Source: Dendrobates tinctorius (Eukaryota). Taken from it: a stretch of 64,000 bases of DNA. The stretch covers positions 434,001-498,000 of the forward strand of contig NW_027361906.1 of the NCBI RefSeq assembly GCF_039654945.1, read 5' to 3'. Every line of letters starts with the position of its first letter. Within the stretch, counting starts at the first letter, position 1. Positions 1-13,946 of this stretch are shown one piece after another. The translations under genes and the position numbers were made by a program. The notes under the pieces were generated by a model. That model was given only the letters and a program-made list of their open reading frames with translations. It was not told the origin of the DNA and did not search any database.

Positions 1-409
1 GACTATAAGACACGCTCCCCCCCCCCAAAAAAAAAAAAAAATTTGGGAGGAAAATGTGGGGTGCGTCTTATAGTCCAAATGCAGGCTTACCATGGGGTTG
101 CGGCAGTGGTGGAGCAGGATCCACGCAACACACTCTGATCTGCCTCAATGTCGACACTGGGCCCTCGACAACGCACTGCTGGGATATACCTTCCTCCCAC
201 CCAGGACCCGCAGTATTGCCCCACTTCTGCCACCAGCTTCCTGAGGAAGAGACCATGCCTCCTGTAATGCCGCACCACCGCTGCTGGCCCACGAATAATA
301 TACCTTAAATTTGGACTATAAGATGGACCACCGTCTTATAAAAAACTTTTTTTTCCTATTTTCCACCCCAAAATTTGGGGTGCCTTTTATTATAGCCTGA
401 AAAATATGG
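1..409. mobile_element. Non-autonomous Tc1/mariner-pogo-type MITE, left end cut by the window edge
   Basis: GACTATAAGACAC...GTCTTATAGTCC motifs and a terminal TATAGCCTGAAAAATATGG+TA; same family as the element at 30308-31017. Confidence 0.6.
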
Positions 410-820
410 TATACTATATTGTGACTTACCATATATTTACCTTACATGTTAGTTTAAGTTGTGTCCAGCTACAATTATTTTTCTACATGTGTTTTTTACT
501 GGATTTATATATATCTCTGTGATGTGGCACCTTTCTTCCGCACTGCCATTATTATACCAACCAGGTGTCTAATAAAGGTTTTTTAGTTGATAATAACGTC
601 AGGATTTATAACTTAAACAGTTCGGCTTTTCTTTATTGGTTTTTGTATTAGAAAGTTGCAGAACTTCTCTTCACAATTTACCTCCAATGAATAATGGCTG
701 CCGAGTCTAACACCAGACGTTATGGCCTCAAGGCACTGATGTGCTGAAGTTTTTTTCACCAGAGATCTGCATGTGAAAAATCCACTCTATATAAAGTAAA
801 ATGAAAGTGGTCTTTGCAAA

Positions 821-851
<31 letters not shown>

Positions 852-1006
852 GTGTATTTTGATTTTCTGGATATATCCTAAAACTGATAGCAACTGAAAA
901 TCATACAAGTCCTGCAGAAGATTGGAGAAGGGACTTCTGTCATTGTACGGTCACAGACGCGACCACTGTCACTAATAATAATTAACTTCAAGGTGGAAAT
1001 CCATAC

Positions 1007-1150
1007 CGTGTCCACGTTACAAAAGTCAACCTTCTGGTGGTCTTCTTCGTCCTCTTCTTCTGTACTGTACTCCTCCATGGTTTCTCCGCTTGCAAAGTGG
1101 ATTACCTTTCTGGGGACCTTCTTCTCCACGTCACCAAGCTCAACTTCTCC
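1007..1150 (-). CDS. FAM177B: FAM177-family coding exon (GEVELGDVEKKVPRKVIHFASGETMEEYSTEEEDEEDHQKVDFCNVDT); gene continues beyond the window start
   Basis: Hallmark FAM177 motif P-R/K-x-I-H-F-x-x-G-x-x-M-E-E-Y-S-T plus acidic run; CAG acceptor, GTATGG donor, 144 nt, phase 0-0. Symbol assigned by synteny with BROX/AIDA. Confidence 0.88.
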
Positions 1151-1668
1151 CTGGAGAGATAATGGACATGTGAAGAAATGTTACATGACCCTCATACAGA
1201 GTCTATTGCACTGGAAAACTGGAGACCTTAACATTCAGCCTGAGATGTAAGATCTGTGTATTATATTCCATCTGCTCCCTACACCTCAGGACTTGAGTCA
1301 ATGGCCGGATGGGAACGTTTGGTGTAACTCATCCGCCCGCCCCGGGTACAACAAATACTCATTGAATAACCAAACAGAACGAACAATTGGAGATCAGATA
1401 TCGGGAAATTTTATCTAGAGCATCCGGGACTTAACCCTCAATATGATAAGTAGTCACATCGGAATCTGGATTACAGACCAGAGCTTCTAGCAGAGCATAA
1501 GGACTTGTTCACATGTTGCAGATTGTCCTTCTGTATTTGGGAACGGAAAATATCTAGTGGATATTCAGTATCAGGAAAGTCGATAAGAATTAAAAAAGAA
1601 CTTTAAATGGGAGCATGAAGATTTAGTTATGGATGCAAACACTTTTTTTTCCAGCATATGTGAACATA

Positions 1669-3176
1669 CAGTACAGACCAAAAGTTTGGACACACCTTCT
1701 CATTCAAAGAGTTTTCTTTATTTTCATGACTATGAAAATTGTCGATTCACTCTGAAGGCATCAAAACTATGCATTACCACATGTGGAATTATATAATTAA
1801 CAAAAAAGTGTGAAACAACTGAAAATATGTCTTATATTCTAGATTCTTCAAAGTAGCCAACTTTTGCTTTGATTACTGCTTTGCACACTCTTGGCATTCT
1901 CTTGATGAGCTTCAAGAGGTAGTCACCGGAAATGGTTTTCACTTCACAGGTGTGCCCTGTCAGGTTTAATAAGTGGGATTTCTTGCCTTGTAAATGGGGT
2001 TGGGACCATCAGTTGTGTTGTGCAGAAGTCTGGTGGATACACAGCTGATAGTCCTACTGAATAGACTGTTAGAATTTGTGTATTATGGCAAGAAAAAAGC
2101 AGCTAAGTAAAGAAAAACAAGTGGCCATCATTACTTTAAGAAATGAAGGTCAGTCCGAAAAATTGGGCAGTGGCAAAAAACCATCAAGCACTACAAAGAA
2201 ACTGGCTCACATGAGGACCGCCCCAGGAAAGGAAGACCAAGAGTCACCTCTGCTGCGGAGGATAAGTTCATCCGAGTCACCAGCCTCAAAAATCGCAGGT
2301 TAACAGCAGCACAGATTAGAGACCAGGTCAATGCCACACAGAGTTCTAGCCGCAGACACATCTCTACAACAACTGTTAAGAGGAGACTTTGTGCAGCAGG
2401 CCTTCATGGTAAAATAGCTGCTAGGAAACCACTGCTAAGGACAGGCAACAAGCAGAAGAGACTTGTTTGAGCTAAAGAACGCAAGGAATGGGCATTAGAC
2501 CAGTGGAAATCTGTGCTTTGGTCTGATGAGTCCAAATTTGAGATCTTTGGTTCCAACCACCGTGTCTTTGTGCGACACAGAAAAGGTGAACGGATGGACT
2601 CCTACATGCCTAGTTCCTACCGTGAAGCATGGAGGAGGAGGTGTGATGGTGCTTTGCTGGTGACACCGTTGGGGATTTATTCAAAATTGAAGGCATACTA
2701 AACCAGCATGGCTACCACAGCATCTTACAGCGGCATGCTATTCCATCCGGTTTGCGTTTAGTTGGAGCATCATTTATTTTTCAACAGGACAATGACCTCA
2801 AACACCTCCAGGCTGTGTAAGGGCTATTTGACCAAGAAGGAGAGTGATGGGGTGCTACACCAGATGACCTGGCCTCCACAGTCACCAGACCTGAACCCAA
2901 TCGAGATGGTTTGGGGTGAGCTGGACCGCAGAGTGAAGGCAAAAGGGTCAACAAGTGCTAAGCATCTCTGGGAACTCCTTCAAGACTGTTGGAAGACCAT
3001 TTCCGGTGTTTACCTCTTGAAGCTCATCAAGAGAATGCCAAGAGTGTGCAAAGCAGTAATCAAAGGAAAAGGTGGCTACTTTGAAGAACCTAGAATATAA
3101 GACATATTTTCAGTTGTGTCATGAAAATAAAGAAAACTCTTTGAATGAGGTGTGTCCAAACTTTTGGTCTGTACTG
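1669..3176 (+). mobile_element. Tc1-family DNA transposon, full length, defective
   Basis: TA flanks; TIR CAGTACAGACCAAAAGTTTGGACACACC at both ends; long inverted repeats with a deletion in the right copy. Confidence 0.95.
2085..3100 (+). pseudogene. Frameshifted Tc1 transposase
   Basis: MARKKQLSKEKQVAIITLRNEG, WSDESKFEIFG, FQQDND and WPPQSPDLNPIEMVW...KGGYFEE spread over several frames. Confidence 0.93.
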
Positions 3177-3747
3177 TACCTTTAAGGGGGATGGGGGGGG
3201 GGGATAAAAATCACCTTTGTAGTTCTGTTTTGTACAGGCTTTTTGTTCAACTTTAAAGTGGACATAAACCCCTTTATGCGGCCACCAACGGAGTCAATAG
3301 AAGGTAAACTGCAAAATTTTTAATGAAGCCCAATTACAAATGTGATTTTTAGCCCAAAATACTTTTGTTTACTTATGAAAAACTAAATTATCCCCAAAGG
3401 ATGACAACCCTTTTAAGGATAGTTTGTGGCTTGACATGAAGATTTTGGTGTCAGAGCATCTACTTCCCCAGGTCACATTGATGCTTCGTTGATGCTCTAC
3501 TTATCACCATGAACCTATTCCATGAGATTTGGCGGCTCAAATCTTTACGAGATTATATTGAGAGACAATCACGATTCATCTAGAAATCTCTGTGATTGAG
3601 CCAGGAAAAGGCAGCAATTCCCAAAGGATCTCCTTCTGTCTGACGTGATGTCGGTACAATCCTAATAATATAGACATGTGGTGCACATAAAATATCCCGT
3701 GATGCTACATACATGTAAAATACCAGGGAGGCGCCGGTGTAACTCAC

Positions 3748-3771
3748 CATAGCTCTGTCACCGTCTGCCAT
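3748..3771 (-). CDS. FAM177B: Probable first coding exon of the FAM177 gene (MADGDRAM)
   Basis: GACATGG Kozak context, ATG|GTGAGT phase-0 donor compatible with exon 1007-1150, upstream pyrimidine tract; too short for homology support. Confidence 0.55.
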
Positions 3772-4124
3772 GTCCTCTGCCACCTTCTCTCCGGAAAACA
3801 AGAAAATCAAGAGTTACAAGTCACATAGTTCCTGCTCCGTCCTACCAGGGGTGGGAAGAGGCAGGACGGAACATTGTCAGGACACTGCTGGTAAATACAA
3901 GACATTGAGAGAAGTTTACTGGAGACTGACTGGTTGCAAACTTTAACTGTTTGCTATTAAAGGGCCAGAACTACAAGTGATAAATGTGCATCCGCAAACA
4001 ATTTGCCTTTTTTCTCTCTTTGTATACCTATGAGGATCAGTGGATATCCTAACGAGTGTTGTTATTCCTGAGATAGTTATCTGCTCCACATTTCCTCTCT
4101 AGGAACTTCTCTAACCTCCCATTC

Positions 4125-5235
4125 TACATCCATAAACGTAAGTATTTGGTCCTTTTGTAGCTATAATAGCTCCCTCTTTTGTAGGAAAGATTTCTACAAG
4201 ATTTTGGAGCTGTCTTTTTTTATTTATTTTTTGCACCGTTACCCAGAAGATCATTTGTGAGGTCAGACCCTGATGTTGGGAGGAGGCCGGGCTCGCAATC
4301 TCCATTATTGGTGTTGGACGGGGCTGAGGTCCGGTCTCTGTGCGGCCGCTCATGGTCTCCCCCATGTCGGTATGGAGCTTGTGCACTGGGCACAGTCATG
4401 GGGAACAGAAAAGGGCGAACCCCAAACTGTTCCCACAAAGCTGAAGCTACAATTGGCCTCAATGTCTTGCGCTGAGGATTAAAATTTCCCATCACTGGAG
4501 CTGAGGGTCAGAGGCCGCCCCCTGATAACAGCCCATAGCATTATCCACCTCCACCATCTGTACAGGGGCACAATGCAGTCAGGGGGTAACATCTTCCTGG
4601 AATCACCAAACACCTACATCAGACGCAGATAGAGAAGTGCGATCCGTCACTTCACACAAGCCTTCTCCAGAGTCCAGTGGTGTCGGCTTTACACCACTCC
4701 ATCCGACGCTGCCATTGTGCTTGGTGATGTATGGCTGCATGCAGCTTCTCAGCCATGACGCTTCCGGCTAGGGTGCAGTGTTTGTGCTGATGTTAGTACC
4801 AGGGGAGGTCTTGGCTCTGTAGTTATGGGGTCAGCAGAGCGTTGGTGACTTTTCTGCCGTCTGCTTCTTATCACAAGGCACCCAGCTCTGTAATCTTATG
4901 GGGTCTACACTTCATGGCTGAGTTACTGCAGTTCCTTTCACTTCTCAGTACTATCACTCGCCGGTGATGGAGGAAGATTCAGGAGAAAGAAATGTCATGG
5001 ATGGACTTGTTACCCCGGTGGCTCCTATTACAGGACCGCGCTGGTATCAGCAGCGCTGCACCAATGGCCGGTCTGTCACATGGAAGTAAAGGCAGATGAC
5101 ATGGTGGGGGGGCGGAGGTTATGCACCGGGGGCGAGGGGGCGAATGTTTTACGTCGGGAGTCAGAGGGCATGCAGGAAATAACAGAATTCAATAATTGAG
5201 ACCTGCGTCCTGATACCTTTCTCCATATTGTGTAT
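4125..5235 (-). mobile_element. Highly degraded Tc1-like element
   Basis: Residual C-terminal transposase-like fragments (LWEQFGVRPFLF) and a TIR-like end TACACAATATGGAGAAAGGTATCAGG; boundaries approximate. Confidence 0.55.
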
Positions 5236-7170
5236 TATTTATTACTTTATGTTGGTGGGGTTTCGGGGGCTGCATAGTGATTCCATTTGTTTTCCATGTA
5301 GAAATAAATTGCAAATAACCAGATCGGAAACTTTTCCATAGTTGCTAGCAACTTCTTTTTCTCCTTTGGTAAAAAAAAAATAGGAGCTGAGCTGTGACTG
5401 AAGTTTGAGGGCAGATTGCAATGTAGCAGAAATGCAACAGATTCTCCACTGTGTATTTGCTTGTGGAAAATCTGCTTCCTGCATACAGCGCCAGCATACT
5501 GCATGAAATTGTAAGAAATCTCACGTACACGCAAAATATAAATATCCTCCGTTGACAAGAGCTGCGGCGGGCACGAGATCCTCGCGTCATATGTTGCAGA
5601 TGTCAGTGGCAGCTTCACTCTTTGCAAGATGGAAATGTGCGGTTTCCCGTCGCCTTCTGTGGAATAATCTCCTCTGTGGGTGCTCCACAGTCAATACGGC
5701 TCTGTGGGTTCCTACTGTAGGGTGTTGGCTTCTATGATTATTTTCAGATAATGGCAAACCTGTGCCGCCATCTTTGTGAAGCCCTGCCGCCTTTATCACG
5801 TCCTTCTGTGGAGGAATATGTGACCTGATTCGTCCGTCTCCACTGTGCGGGAGGAATCGCCGTATTTTTCACTTGAAGATTCCCAGGGATCTGATGATCG
5901 CACGCCTCTTTAGTCACGATGAAGTAGTTGACCCAATTAATGATATGAGCACACAGAGTTTTATTTTTATCTGATCCACTTCAAAAACTTCTCCTATTCG
6001 TTTATATAACTAGTTTGGCTAGATCAGTCATTTGATGTTTTTTTTTTTCCCTTCTGGTTTTGAAAATCATCAGATGGGAAAAATTATGAGAGCGCTTCGG
6101 TTCTTTGTAGCATCTTCTGATGGAATCCTCTCCAGGTTAGGCGCCGTCCAATCAAAAGGCTGAAAAAATGAAAAACAATTCAGGAGAAAAAAAAAAACCT
6201 CTTCCAACTCCTTGTGTACATAGCCTAAGTGTTAATGCCACAAATGTTATCAAAGCTCACCCCTAGAGTTGAGCGACTTTGGTCGGATCGGGTTTCATGA
6301 AACAAAATTTGTTTCAGATGAAACTGGTCCGACTAGGGCAAAAAAAGTCGGAGTTTCGTCCGAAACCCGACCCCAATGCAAGTCACTGGGAAATAAATGT
6401 CGGCATTGAGCGGATGACATTCATTTTATTTTACTATTAATGGCCTTCGTCTCGGGCTCGAGCCACGGCGACTTGATGAACGATCTGTAGGAAGACCCAT
6501 CTTGTGGAAACCTAGATAGGTCCACCAGTGTCTTCTGGTCTCAGCTGTTATCTTGATAGTATCAAACCATCAGGTCACTGGTCTTCTTCTTCGCCTTACT
6601 TCTTCTATTCTTCCGACCATGATGTCCTTTCTCCAGTGATTGGTATTGTGTGTCCAAAGCCTTTTACCCTCAATAATCTGAGGATGGAAGGAAACTTTTT
6701 TTTTAAACTCTTTAGCGACATTAGTCGTACATGTATAGCTGTTCCCCGTGATGCAGTCATGTGGTGCGATTGATGCAGTCATCAGAGTAGGCCCCGTGGC
6801 TCCCATGTTTGAACACCCATAAAGTCTAGTCTGGAGAGATTAGTTATTAGGCAACAGACTGCAATGCCTCCATATTGCAGTATACCAAACCCATCGCATG
6901 TTCAATCCACCTTAGGATGCAAGAATTTTTTTAAAATATGAAAACCAAAAAAATCTAAAAAAAAAAAAAAAAAGACCCCTAAAAATTATTAAGGTTAGTC
7001 ATCCCTTTTTTCCCTCAAATATGAACTCCCCAAAAAATAACACAGATTTATAGAATATGAAAATATTTAACCCCAACAGTGAAAGATGAAATGGGGAATA
7101 TGGCATAATTGCTGTTTTTGATCACTTCAGCTGCCCCAAAAATGGAAGAAGAACAGATCAGAAAGTCTAA

Positions 7171-7463
7171 GGGTATGTGTGCACACATTGCGGATCTGCT
7201 CTTGTAAAAATCTGCACGGATTCTTCCTCTCTTGGCAGAAAACGCAGTTGAAAATCCACACGTTTTTAATACGGATTTGTTTGCATTTTTGTAAGCTAAA
7301 TATATATTTAACAAAAAAAAAAAAAGAATTGTGATGTAATTTCCTTGTCCAACCTTTTACATACTCCATTGAAGGCCATATCATCACGTACCATGTTCAA
7401 ATATGTTTACACACACAATACAAATAAAAGTGAATATAATATCTCTATCTATGATCTCTCTCT

Positions 7464-7512
<49 letters not shown>

Positions 7513-9372
7513 GTGGTCAAAATTGTTGGTGCCTCTCATTTAATGACAGAAAAACCCACAATGGTGGCAGAAATAACTAGAATCCGACAAAAGTAATAAT
7601 AAATACAAATATGCATGTGTCAGCCAGATACCCTCATTAATAAAATGGTACCTAAAGAGTTAAATAAAAGACAGACACGCACAAAATATGCATCAAACGC
7701 AGTATGTGTTTATTTAAAAAAAAAAAAAAAAAATTTAAAAATTGCCTGGGCTCCCGCATAATTTTCATTACCAGCTGAGGGAAAGCTGATGGGTGAGGTT
7801 AATATTCTGGGAAGGAGCCAATAGCCATAAAGGTTCCCAGGCTATTAATTTCAGCTCACGGATGTTTGCTTAGCCTTTACTGGCTAATTTACAGGGGAAC
7901 CCCAGAAAAAATTGACATGGGTCCCCCTATAAAAATCGAACCAGCAAAGGCTAGGTAGGCAGCTGCGGGCTGATATTAATAGCTGGGAAGGGGGCATGGA
8001 TATTGGATCCCCGCCAGGCTAAAAACATCAGCTCTAAGCCGCCCCAGAAATGGCGCACTTATAGATGCACCAATTCTGGCATTTAGCCTAGCTCTTCCCA
8101 CTTGCCCTGTAACAGTGGCAAGTGGGGTAATATTTGTGGGGCCGAAATCACCTTTGTATTGTCCGGGGACATCAAGCCCACGGATTAGTAATGGAGAGGC
8201 GTCAATAAGACGCCCCCATTACTAATCCTATAGTTGTATGGTAAATAAAGACCTAGCCAGAAAAAGTCCTTTAATTAATCTTAATTAACCATACTTACTG
8301 CATCGCCTAATTCCCTGACGCCCTCAATCTCCTGCAAAAAAAAAATAAAATAAACCAACACAAATACTCCCTGGTAGGCCGTAGTCCTAAATAACGAGTG
8401 TCCCACGATGATCTCACATGTAGAATAGTCACATCGGGAGATGTGACCGCTCTACAAGGCTCTGGTGACACACCACGGGAGGATCACCTCCTGTCAGTGT
8501 ATCATTGAGCCGCCGTGAGAGTTCACCGGAGTTCATCACTCCAGTGCTCTCACTTTACGGCAGTACTGCTGTGTGAAAAGTTTCTCACGCAGTGGTGCTG
8601 CAAGTGACAGCACGAACTCTGGTGACCTCTGAAGGCGAGTGATACACTGCGGAAGGATACCTCCTGTCACTGTATCATCTCAGCCATGTAGAGCAGTCAC
8701 ATCTCCTGATGTGACTGTTCTACATGAGATCGTCGTGGGACACTCGTTATTTAGGACTACAGTGGACCAGGGAGTATTTGTGTTGGTTTATTATTTTATT
8801 TTTGTTGCAGGAGATCGAGGGTGTCGAGGAATTAGGTGTTTGATAAGTATGAACGTATTTTTTTTTGTTTTACAGTTGAACAGTCGCCGGATGATGGGAC
8901 CACTATCCCATCATCGGCCCATGCTGTCTCTGTTATATGTAACACCAGACATAGGTCGGATGGGAGTAGTAGTCCCATCAGACGATGCCTGGCTACACAC
9001 ACACCTGCAGACAGACACGGTCTTGCACATATTCTCCACCCACACACTCTTCCTCCTCCCTATCTGCAGCGTTTTTGGCACGCAAATCCGCAGCTAATCC
9101 GCAAACCTTTTTACACCTGCGGCTTAGCTGCGGATTTGACTGACTCAGTGTAAGTCAATGGGTGCAGAAACGCTGCAGATCTGTAAAAAGAATTGACATG
9201 CTGCTAAAAATTCAACGCTGAGAATCAGTGCGGAATTTTCCGCAGCATGTGCACTTCAATTCTGAATTCCCATTAACATTTCTTGAGCACCCTTTTGCAG
9301 ATTTGGTGCAAATCCACACGGAAAAAAAACGCTGCGGATCCACAACAAAATCCGGAACATGTGCACATAGCC
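7171..9372. mobile_element. Composite non-autonomous element with Harbinger-like ends and an internal inverted repeat (about 8305-8835)
   Basis: Ends GGGTATGTGTGCACAC / GTGCACATAGCC next to TAA/TTA; includes a (TA)n run and a Tc1 TIR-like fragment at about 7510-7590; may be several separate insertions. Confidence 0.45.
7466..7511. repeat. (TA)n(CA)n microsatellite
   Basis: Directly visible. Confidence 0.95.
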
Positions 9373-9562
9373 TTATGGGAACCAAAATGGTAAAAATAAA
9401 ACAACAACTTGAGTACTGAAAAAAAAAAAAAAAAAAAGCTCCGACAATGCTCCATTGACTCTCGGCCAGAATTTTACTCTCAGAATAATGACGACTGAAA
9501 CCAAATTTTGTTTCTTAAAGATTTCTTTTTTGTTAATCAGTATCACCAATGGCAGTGTCGAC

Positions 9563-9826
9563 TAGAGTTGAGCGAATATGTTCTTATTCGGCAAGCTATA
9601 GGGCTTACCAAAAAAGCTGCAGAGGGAACCCGGCTTCCTGGATCACGCCGGCTCAACACACAGGTTCTCCACGCATGTGTTGTGACAGCCACGACACATG
9701 CAGCTGCGGCGACAATCAGCTGATCGGCCGGCACGATCCAGAAAGCCTGGTTCCCTCTGCAGCTTATTCCGTAAGCGCTATAGCTTGTCGAATAAAAGGG
9801 AACCCGAACATATTCGCTCAACTCTA
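9563..9826. mobile_element. hAT-type palindromic MITE
   Basis: TIR TAGAGTTGAGCGAATATGTTC at both ends; 8-bp TSD GTGTCGAC / GTGTTGAC. Confidence 0.88.
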
Positions 9827-10220
9827 GTGTTGACCCAGTGCCAGATAATTTTTCACCCCACAATAGACACATCGTAAAAATGAAACTCAAAAACATGGGC
9901 GGAATTGCTATTTTTTTCACCATTTTGCTACACTTAGAATTATTTTAGCAAAATTCTGTAATTTAAAACTACAGCTCGTCACAGATTAGCTGTGGAAAAA
10001 TAAAAAATGTTATGGTTTTTATTTACTTTTAGGGCAAGTCCACAGTTCTCCACTTATCACAGTCCTGGCCCAGGGACATGGGAGTTGTACACACGCTCTG
10101 TTTACTCAGCTCCGTAATGAAATTTCCTAAGATTAAAGGTCTGAATAATGTGAATTGGCTGCAAGACGAAGCAGAGCAGCCGATTGGTATCGTTCCCTGT
10201 TATCCTCCATTTTATATACG

Positions 10221-10800
10221 GCACTGTGCAAAAGTTTTAGATCTGTAAAAAAAAAAATGCTGAAAGTTGAGAATAGTTTTCAAAAATAGAAGTGTTAATA
10301 GTTTGTGTTTCTTTTGATAAAAATAAAGTGAATGAACAAAAGATAAAATCTAAATCCCATCAATATTTGGTGACCGCTCTTTGCCTTCGTCAGTTCTTAG
10401 GGACAAGTACTTACACACAGTTTTTGAAGGAATTCGGCAGGAGGTTGTTCCAAACATCTTGGAGAACTGACCCCACATCCTATGTATATGAGGCTTGTGC
10501 CGATACTTATCTATCATGTGACACCATCAGGGAGGTCTTCTGATTGGCTCCAAATTTATTCTGCAGCAGGACAACGACCCCAAATATCCAGCCAATGTCA
10601 ATATGAATGAGGAGTACTGGAATTGATGGTCCGTTCCCACAGAGCCCTGATTTCACATTATCCAGTCTGTGTGAGATTACATGAAGAGATGAAGGATCTG
10701 GAAAATCCTCATACACAGAAGATCAGGGGTCAGTTCTCCAAGATGTTTGGAGAATGTCCTTACTTTGAAATCCACTGAAGCACTGAAATATTTTGTTATT
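10221..10800 (+). mobile_element. Degraded, internally deleted Tc1 remnant
   Basis: CACTGTGCAAAAGTTTTAG TIR-like start; LQQDNDPK and PQSPD remnants at about 10560-10660. Confidence 0.65.
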
Positions 10801-10831
10801 TTTCTATTCACTTAATATTCTAGACTTTTAA

Positions 10832-13441
10832 CCCCTTTCTGACATCTGACATACTATACCGTCAATGTAACCTGGGCCTGTCTGACCACGAATGGTATAG
10901 TATGTCATTGCGGCCGGGTGTCAGCTGATTCTCACAGCTGATACCCGGCACTTTAGCCCCCGAAATGCTGCGATTGAACACGATCGCAGCATTCTGGGAA
11001 CAGGCATAGGGCTGACAGCCCCTCTGCCTTTGGATCAGCTGCCATGGTAACCCGATGTCGTCATGACGACACCCGGGTTACCAGAGCTTAGAAACTTCCC
11101 GGTCATGCGCAGTGCATGTCAGGAAGTCTCTCAGTGTCAGTGCAGCGCTGACAGCTTCCACAGCATGCAGATGTTGCTCAATCTGCATGCTATAGAAGTG
11201 ATCAGCCTTTTAAAAATGATTGTCCCATAGTGGGACAAGGTGTAAAAGATAGAATAAAGTATAAAAAAAATTGTTTTTAAATAACTGTAAAAATATTTAA
11301 AAAAAATAAAAAAAAAACAATATTTATTCCATCACTAAATAAATATTTGAATGAAAAAAAAAAATCTAAACAATAAAAGTACACATTTGGTATCGTCGTG
11401 TCCGTAATGATCCGGCCTATAAAACTGTCCCAATAGTTAACCCCTTTAGTGAACACCATAAAAAAAAAAACAAGGCAAAAAACAATGCTTTATCATCATA
11501 CCGCTGTCACATGGCCCGTCCTGAGTGACACGGCCAGCAGGCCGGCAACTGATACAACAGGACGCGGCACGTGTAATTGTCCAATGTGACGCGGCCCGCA
11601 GGCCGGTAACTAATACAATAAGACATAGGGGAAAAGGGTAAACCTAGGTAACAATAACAATGGTGGCCCTGCAATAGGGAATAGGGACGTGGAGACCTCC
11701 TGCACTCCCCTGAGTCAGTGTCTCTACACTCCTAACGTTCCCTAGGCCAGTTCCGCACCGGGCGCCGATCAGGAACCTCTAAACCCTGACTCGCCCTGCA
11801 CCTAAACCCTCACTAGGGAATTGATCGGTGCGGAAACTAATCCCACCACTGCACTAAACACACATAAGGAAAAGAGACAAAACAGGGGAAACACCACTTA
11901 GCTTTGCTCTGTAGCTTACGCTCCCAGCAACAGAGCCCACCACCTGCGTGCATCTTTTCCTCCGTGTCCGAAATCTGGGTGCGCTGTCCAGAAACGGACC
12001 TTCTCATCATCATTGTTTGCTCCAAGGCTGCACTGAGTACACACCTGCGTGCAGCTGTCCAGAAACACGTGGAACGGTATAAAAACCCCCCCAAAAGAAA
12101 TTCTTGAATTGCTGGTTTTTGTTCATTCTGCGTCCGAAAAATCGGAATCGAAAGCGTTGAAAAAATGTCATTTGCCCGAAAATGGTACCAATAAAAACGT
12201 CAACTCGTCCCGCAAAAACAAGACCTCACATAACTTTGTGAGCCAAAATATGGAAAAGCACAAAATATGGTGATGCAAAAACTATTTTTTGCAATAAAAA
12301 GCGTCTTTTAGTGTGTGACAGCTGCCAAACATAAAAACCCACTATAACGCCTATTTCACACGTCCTGATATTTCCGGTACCGGAGATGTCAGTGTCTGTA
12401 ATACTTGCGGCACATGTGTGGCATGCGTGTGCCGCAAGTACAGGACGCCAAGGAAGAAGCATTACAGTAAGCGCTGTTCCTTGGCGCCGGTTGCTGAACA
12501 CAGCACTCATCATTCTCTCCTGATCTGCCGGCTCTTTCCAATACAGTGTCACTTGTGGGGGGTTTCCACTGTTTGGGCACATCAGGGGCTCTCCAAACGC
12601 GACATGGCGTCCGATCTTAATTCCAGCCAATTTTGCGTTGAAAAAGTCAAACCGCACTCCTTCCCTTCCGAGCTCTGCCGTGCACTCAGTGGTTTACCCC
12701 CACATATGGGGTATCAGCGTACTCAGGACAAATTGTATAACAACTTCTGGGGTCCAATTTCTCCTGTTACCCTTGGTAAAATGAAAAAAAAAAAAAAATG
12801 GATCTGAAGTAAATTTTTGTGAAAAAAAAAGTTAAATGTTGATTTTTTTTTTAAACATTCCAAAAATTTCTGTGTAGCACCTGAAGGGTTAATAAACTTA
12901 TTGAATTTGGTTTTGAGCACCTTGAGGGGTCCAGTTTTTAGAATGGTGTCACTGTAGGGTATTTTCTATCATATAGACCCCTCAAAGTGGCTTCAAATGT
13001 GATGTGGTCCCTAAAAAAAAAAAATCTAGTGTTGTAAAAACGAGAAATCGTTGGTCAACTTTTAACCCTTATAACTTCCTAACAAAAAAAAAATTTTGCT
13101 TCCAAAATTGTGCTGATGTAAAGTTGACATGTGGGAAATGTTACTTATTAAGTATTTTGTGTGCCGTATCTCTGTGATTTAAGGGCATGAAAATTGAGTT
13201 GGAAAATTGCGAAATTTTCAAAATTGTCACCAAATTTCCGTTTCTTTCACAAATAAACGCAAGTCGTATCAAAGAAATTTTACCACTAACATGAAGTACA
13301 ATATGTCAGGAGAAAACAATGTCAGAATCACCGGGATCCACAGAAGCTTTCCAGAGTTATAACCTCATAAAGGGACAGTGGTCAGAATTGTAAAAATTGG
13401 CCCGGTCATTAACGTGCAAACCAACCTCGGGGGTAAAGGGG
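10832..13441. mobile_element. piggyBac-like non-autonomous element (possibly composite)
   Basis: TTAA|CCCCTTT ... AAAGGGG|TTAA termini; no transposase; a distinct GC-richer insert at about 11505-12070. Confidence 0.65.
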
Positions 13442-13940
13442 TTAAAATATAACCCGTCTGTTGCCACCACTAGGGGGAGCTTTCTATCCCACCATATAGT
13501 GATTACACTACGAATTCCATAACAACAGTTGGCAGTGACCTCCCAATAGTGGCGGCTGCAGACATCCCGCAAGTGATCCTATAAATTGTGGTTTGCAAAT
13601 TATTGATATCGTACAGACCAAAGTGGCGGTTTATAATCACTTCCAGAGCTGCATTCATAATTCTGCCAATTACATCAAGTAATAGCTGGAAAACCACAAT
13701 GGCTTAGCTGATATGGTGTCACGTTCTGCTCTCTGATGGAGTTTTGCCTTTAGATGCACTTTTCATGATGCAGAGTATATATACTGTATAGACCATGGGG
13801 TGGCAGTAAATAATGTGAGATCTTACATCCTGAGTGTTAACAGAAAAGCAGTGAAGGAGTGAATGGAGCATACCAGGCCTTACACCACGGCTGTGATTAG
13901 AAAGTCACATCCTTTAGACGCCATTAATTGTAAGTAAAGA

Positions 13941-13946
13941 TTTATT
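13941..13946 (-). promoter_or_regulatory. Candidate distal BROX polyadenylation signal (a proximal AATAAA lies at 15691-15696)
   Basis: AATAAA on the minus strand downstream of the BROX stop; usage unknown. Confidence 0.3.

Noticed and set aside
11505-12070. Possible solo LTR (starts TGTCAC) inside the piggyBac-like element
   Set aside because: Could not identify a matching CA end or TSD, so not called
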